This document shows, in pieces, positions 50,419-50,734 of a stretch of 50,734 nt of DNA. Position 1 is the stretch's first letter. Each line of letters opens with the position of its first letter. The position numbers and the translations under genes were made by a program. The notes under the pieces were generated by a model that had not been told where the DNA came from, searched no databases, and saw only the letters and a program-made list of their open reading frames with translations. This stretch comes from Bilabrum cf. latius (lineage: Eukaryota): positions 1,302,001 to 1,352,734 of the forward strand of contig OZ237745.1 of assembly GCA_965178125.1 (NCBI GenBank). The letters run 5' to 3'.

Positions 50419-50734
50419 TATCTAATATAAAGTCAGGGACAGGGTCGGGGAAAAAATATTTTCATCTTCAATATTTGTCGAAAAACGACGTGCTACGATC
50501 TCGGCAACTACAGGTGATATGAAGACCGTTCAAACTGCATCGGGACGGCCTGGGGGCACAACATGGGCCAAATGTTCCCCAGGTTCCGTTCTGGCCGCGC
50601 GGCGCCGATATGGGTGTATGAAGAATTTCACACCGAAAAACGACGTGCTACGATCTCGGCAACTACAGGTGATATGAAGACCGTTCAAACTGCATCGGGA
50701 CGGCCTGGGGGCACAACATGGGCCAAATGTTCCC
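50419..50734. mobile_element. Telomere-associated element copy 4 (partial, runs off the right edge), 155-bp repeat subfamily C
   Basis: Same proximal terminus. Variant unit CGATCTCGGCAACTACAGGTGATATGAAGACC at 50496 and 50651. Confidence 0.65.

Overview
Right-hand chromosome end of a compact, GC-rich, flagellated eukaryote with TTAGGG telomeres and short GT-AG introns of about 90-115 bp. The style resembles a heterotrophic protist such as a bicosoecid stramenopile, but that is inference only. Positions 1-30735 hold about 12 densely packed genes: TRRAP/Tra1, DRC9/IQCG, a ciliary repeat protein, poly(A) polymerase, a C2HC zinc-finger protein, a GH28 glycosidase, an MFS transporter, an ACBP-ankyrin protein, DIS3/RRP44 and three unknowns. 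All are broken by in-frame TAG codons and end in TAA or TGA. Several TAGs fall on conserved glutamines, so the nuclear code appears to be UAG=Gln with UAA/UGA as the only stops. From about 31105 the window is a chain of (TTAGGG)n tracts separated by four members of one telomere-associated element family. All four start with a near-identical proximal terminus (GGG|TATCTAWTATAAAGTCAGGGACAGGGTCGGGGAAAA) followed by 155-bp tandem repeats, and the complete ones end in telomere-capped, apparently truncated distal ends. The 12-kb first copy also carries a 2.7-kb array of a 22-bp repeat, a tRNA-like Pol III cassette and two divergent unknown ORFs (about 511 aa and over 1570 aa) that use the same UAG readthrough. 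Homologue motifs quoted below are from memory and need alignment to confirm.
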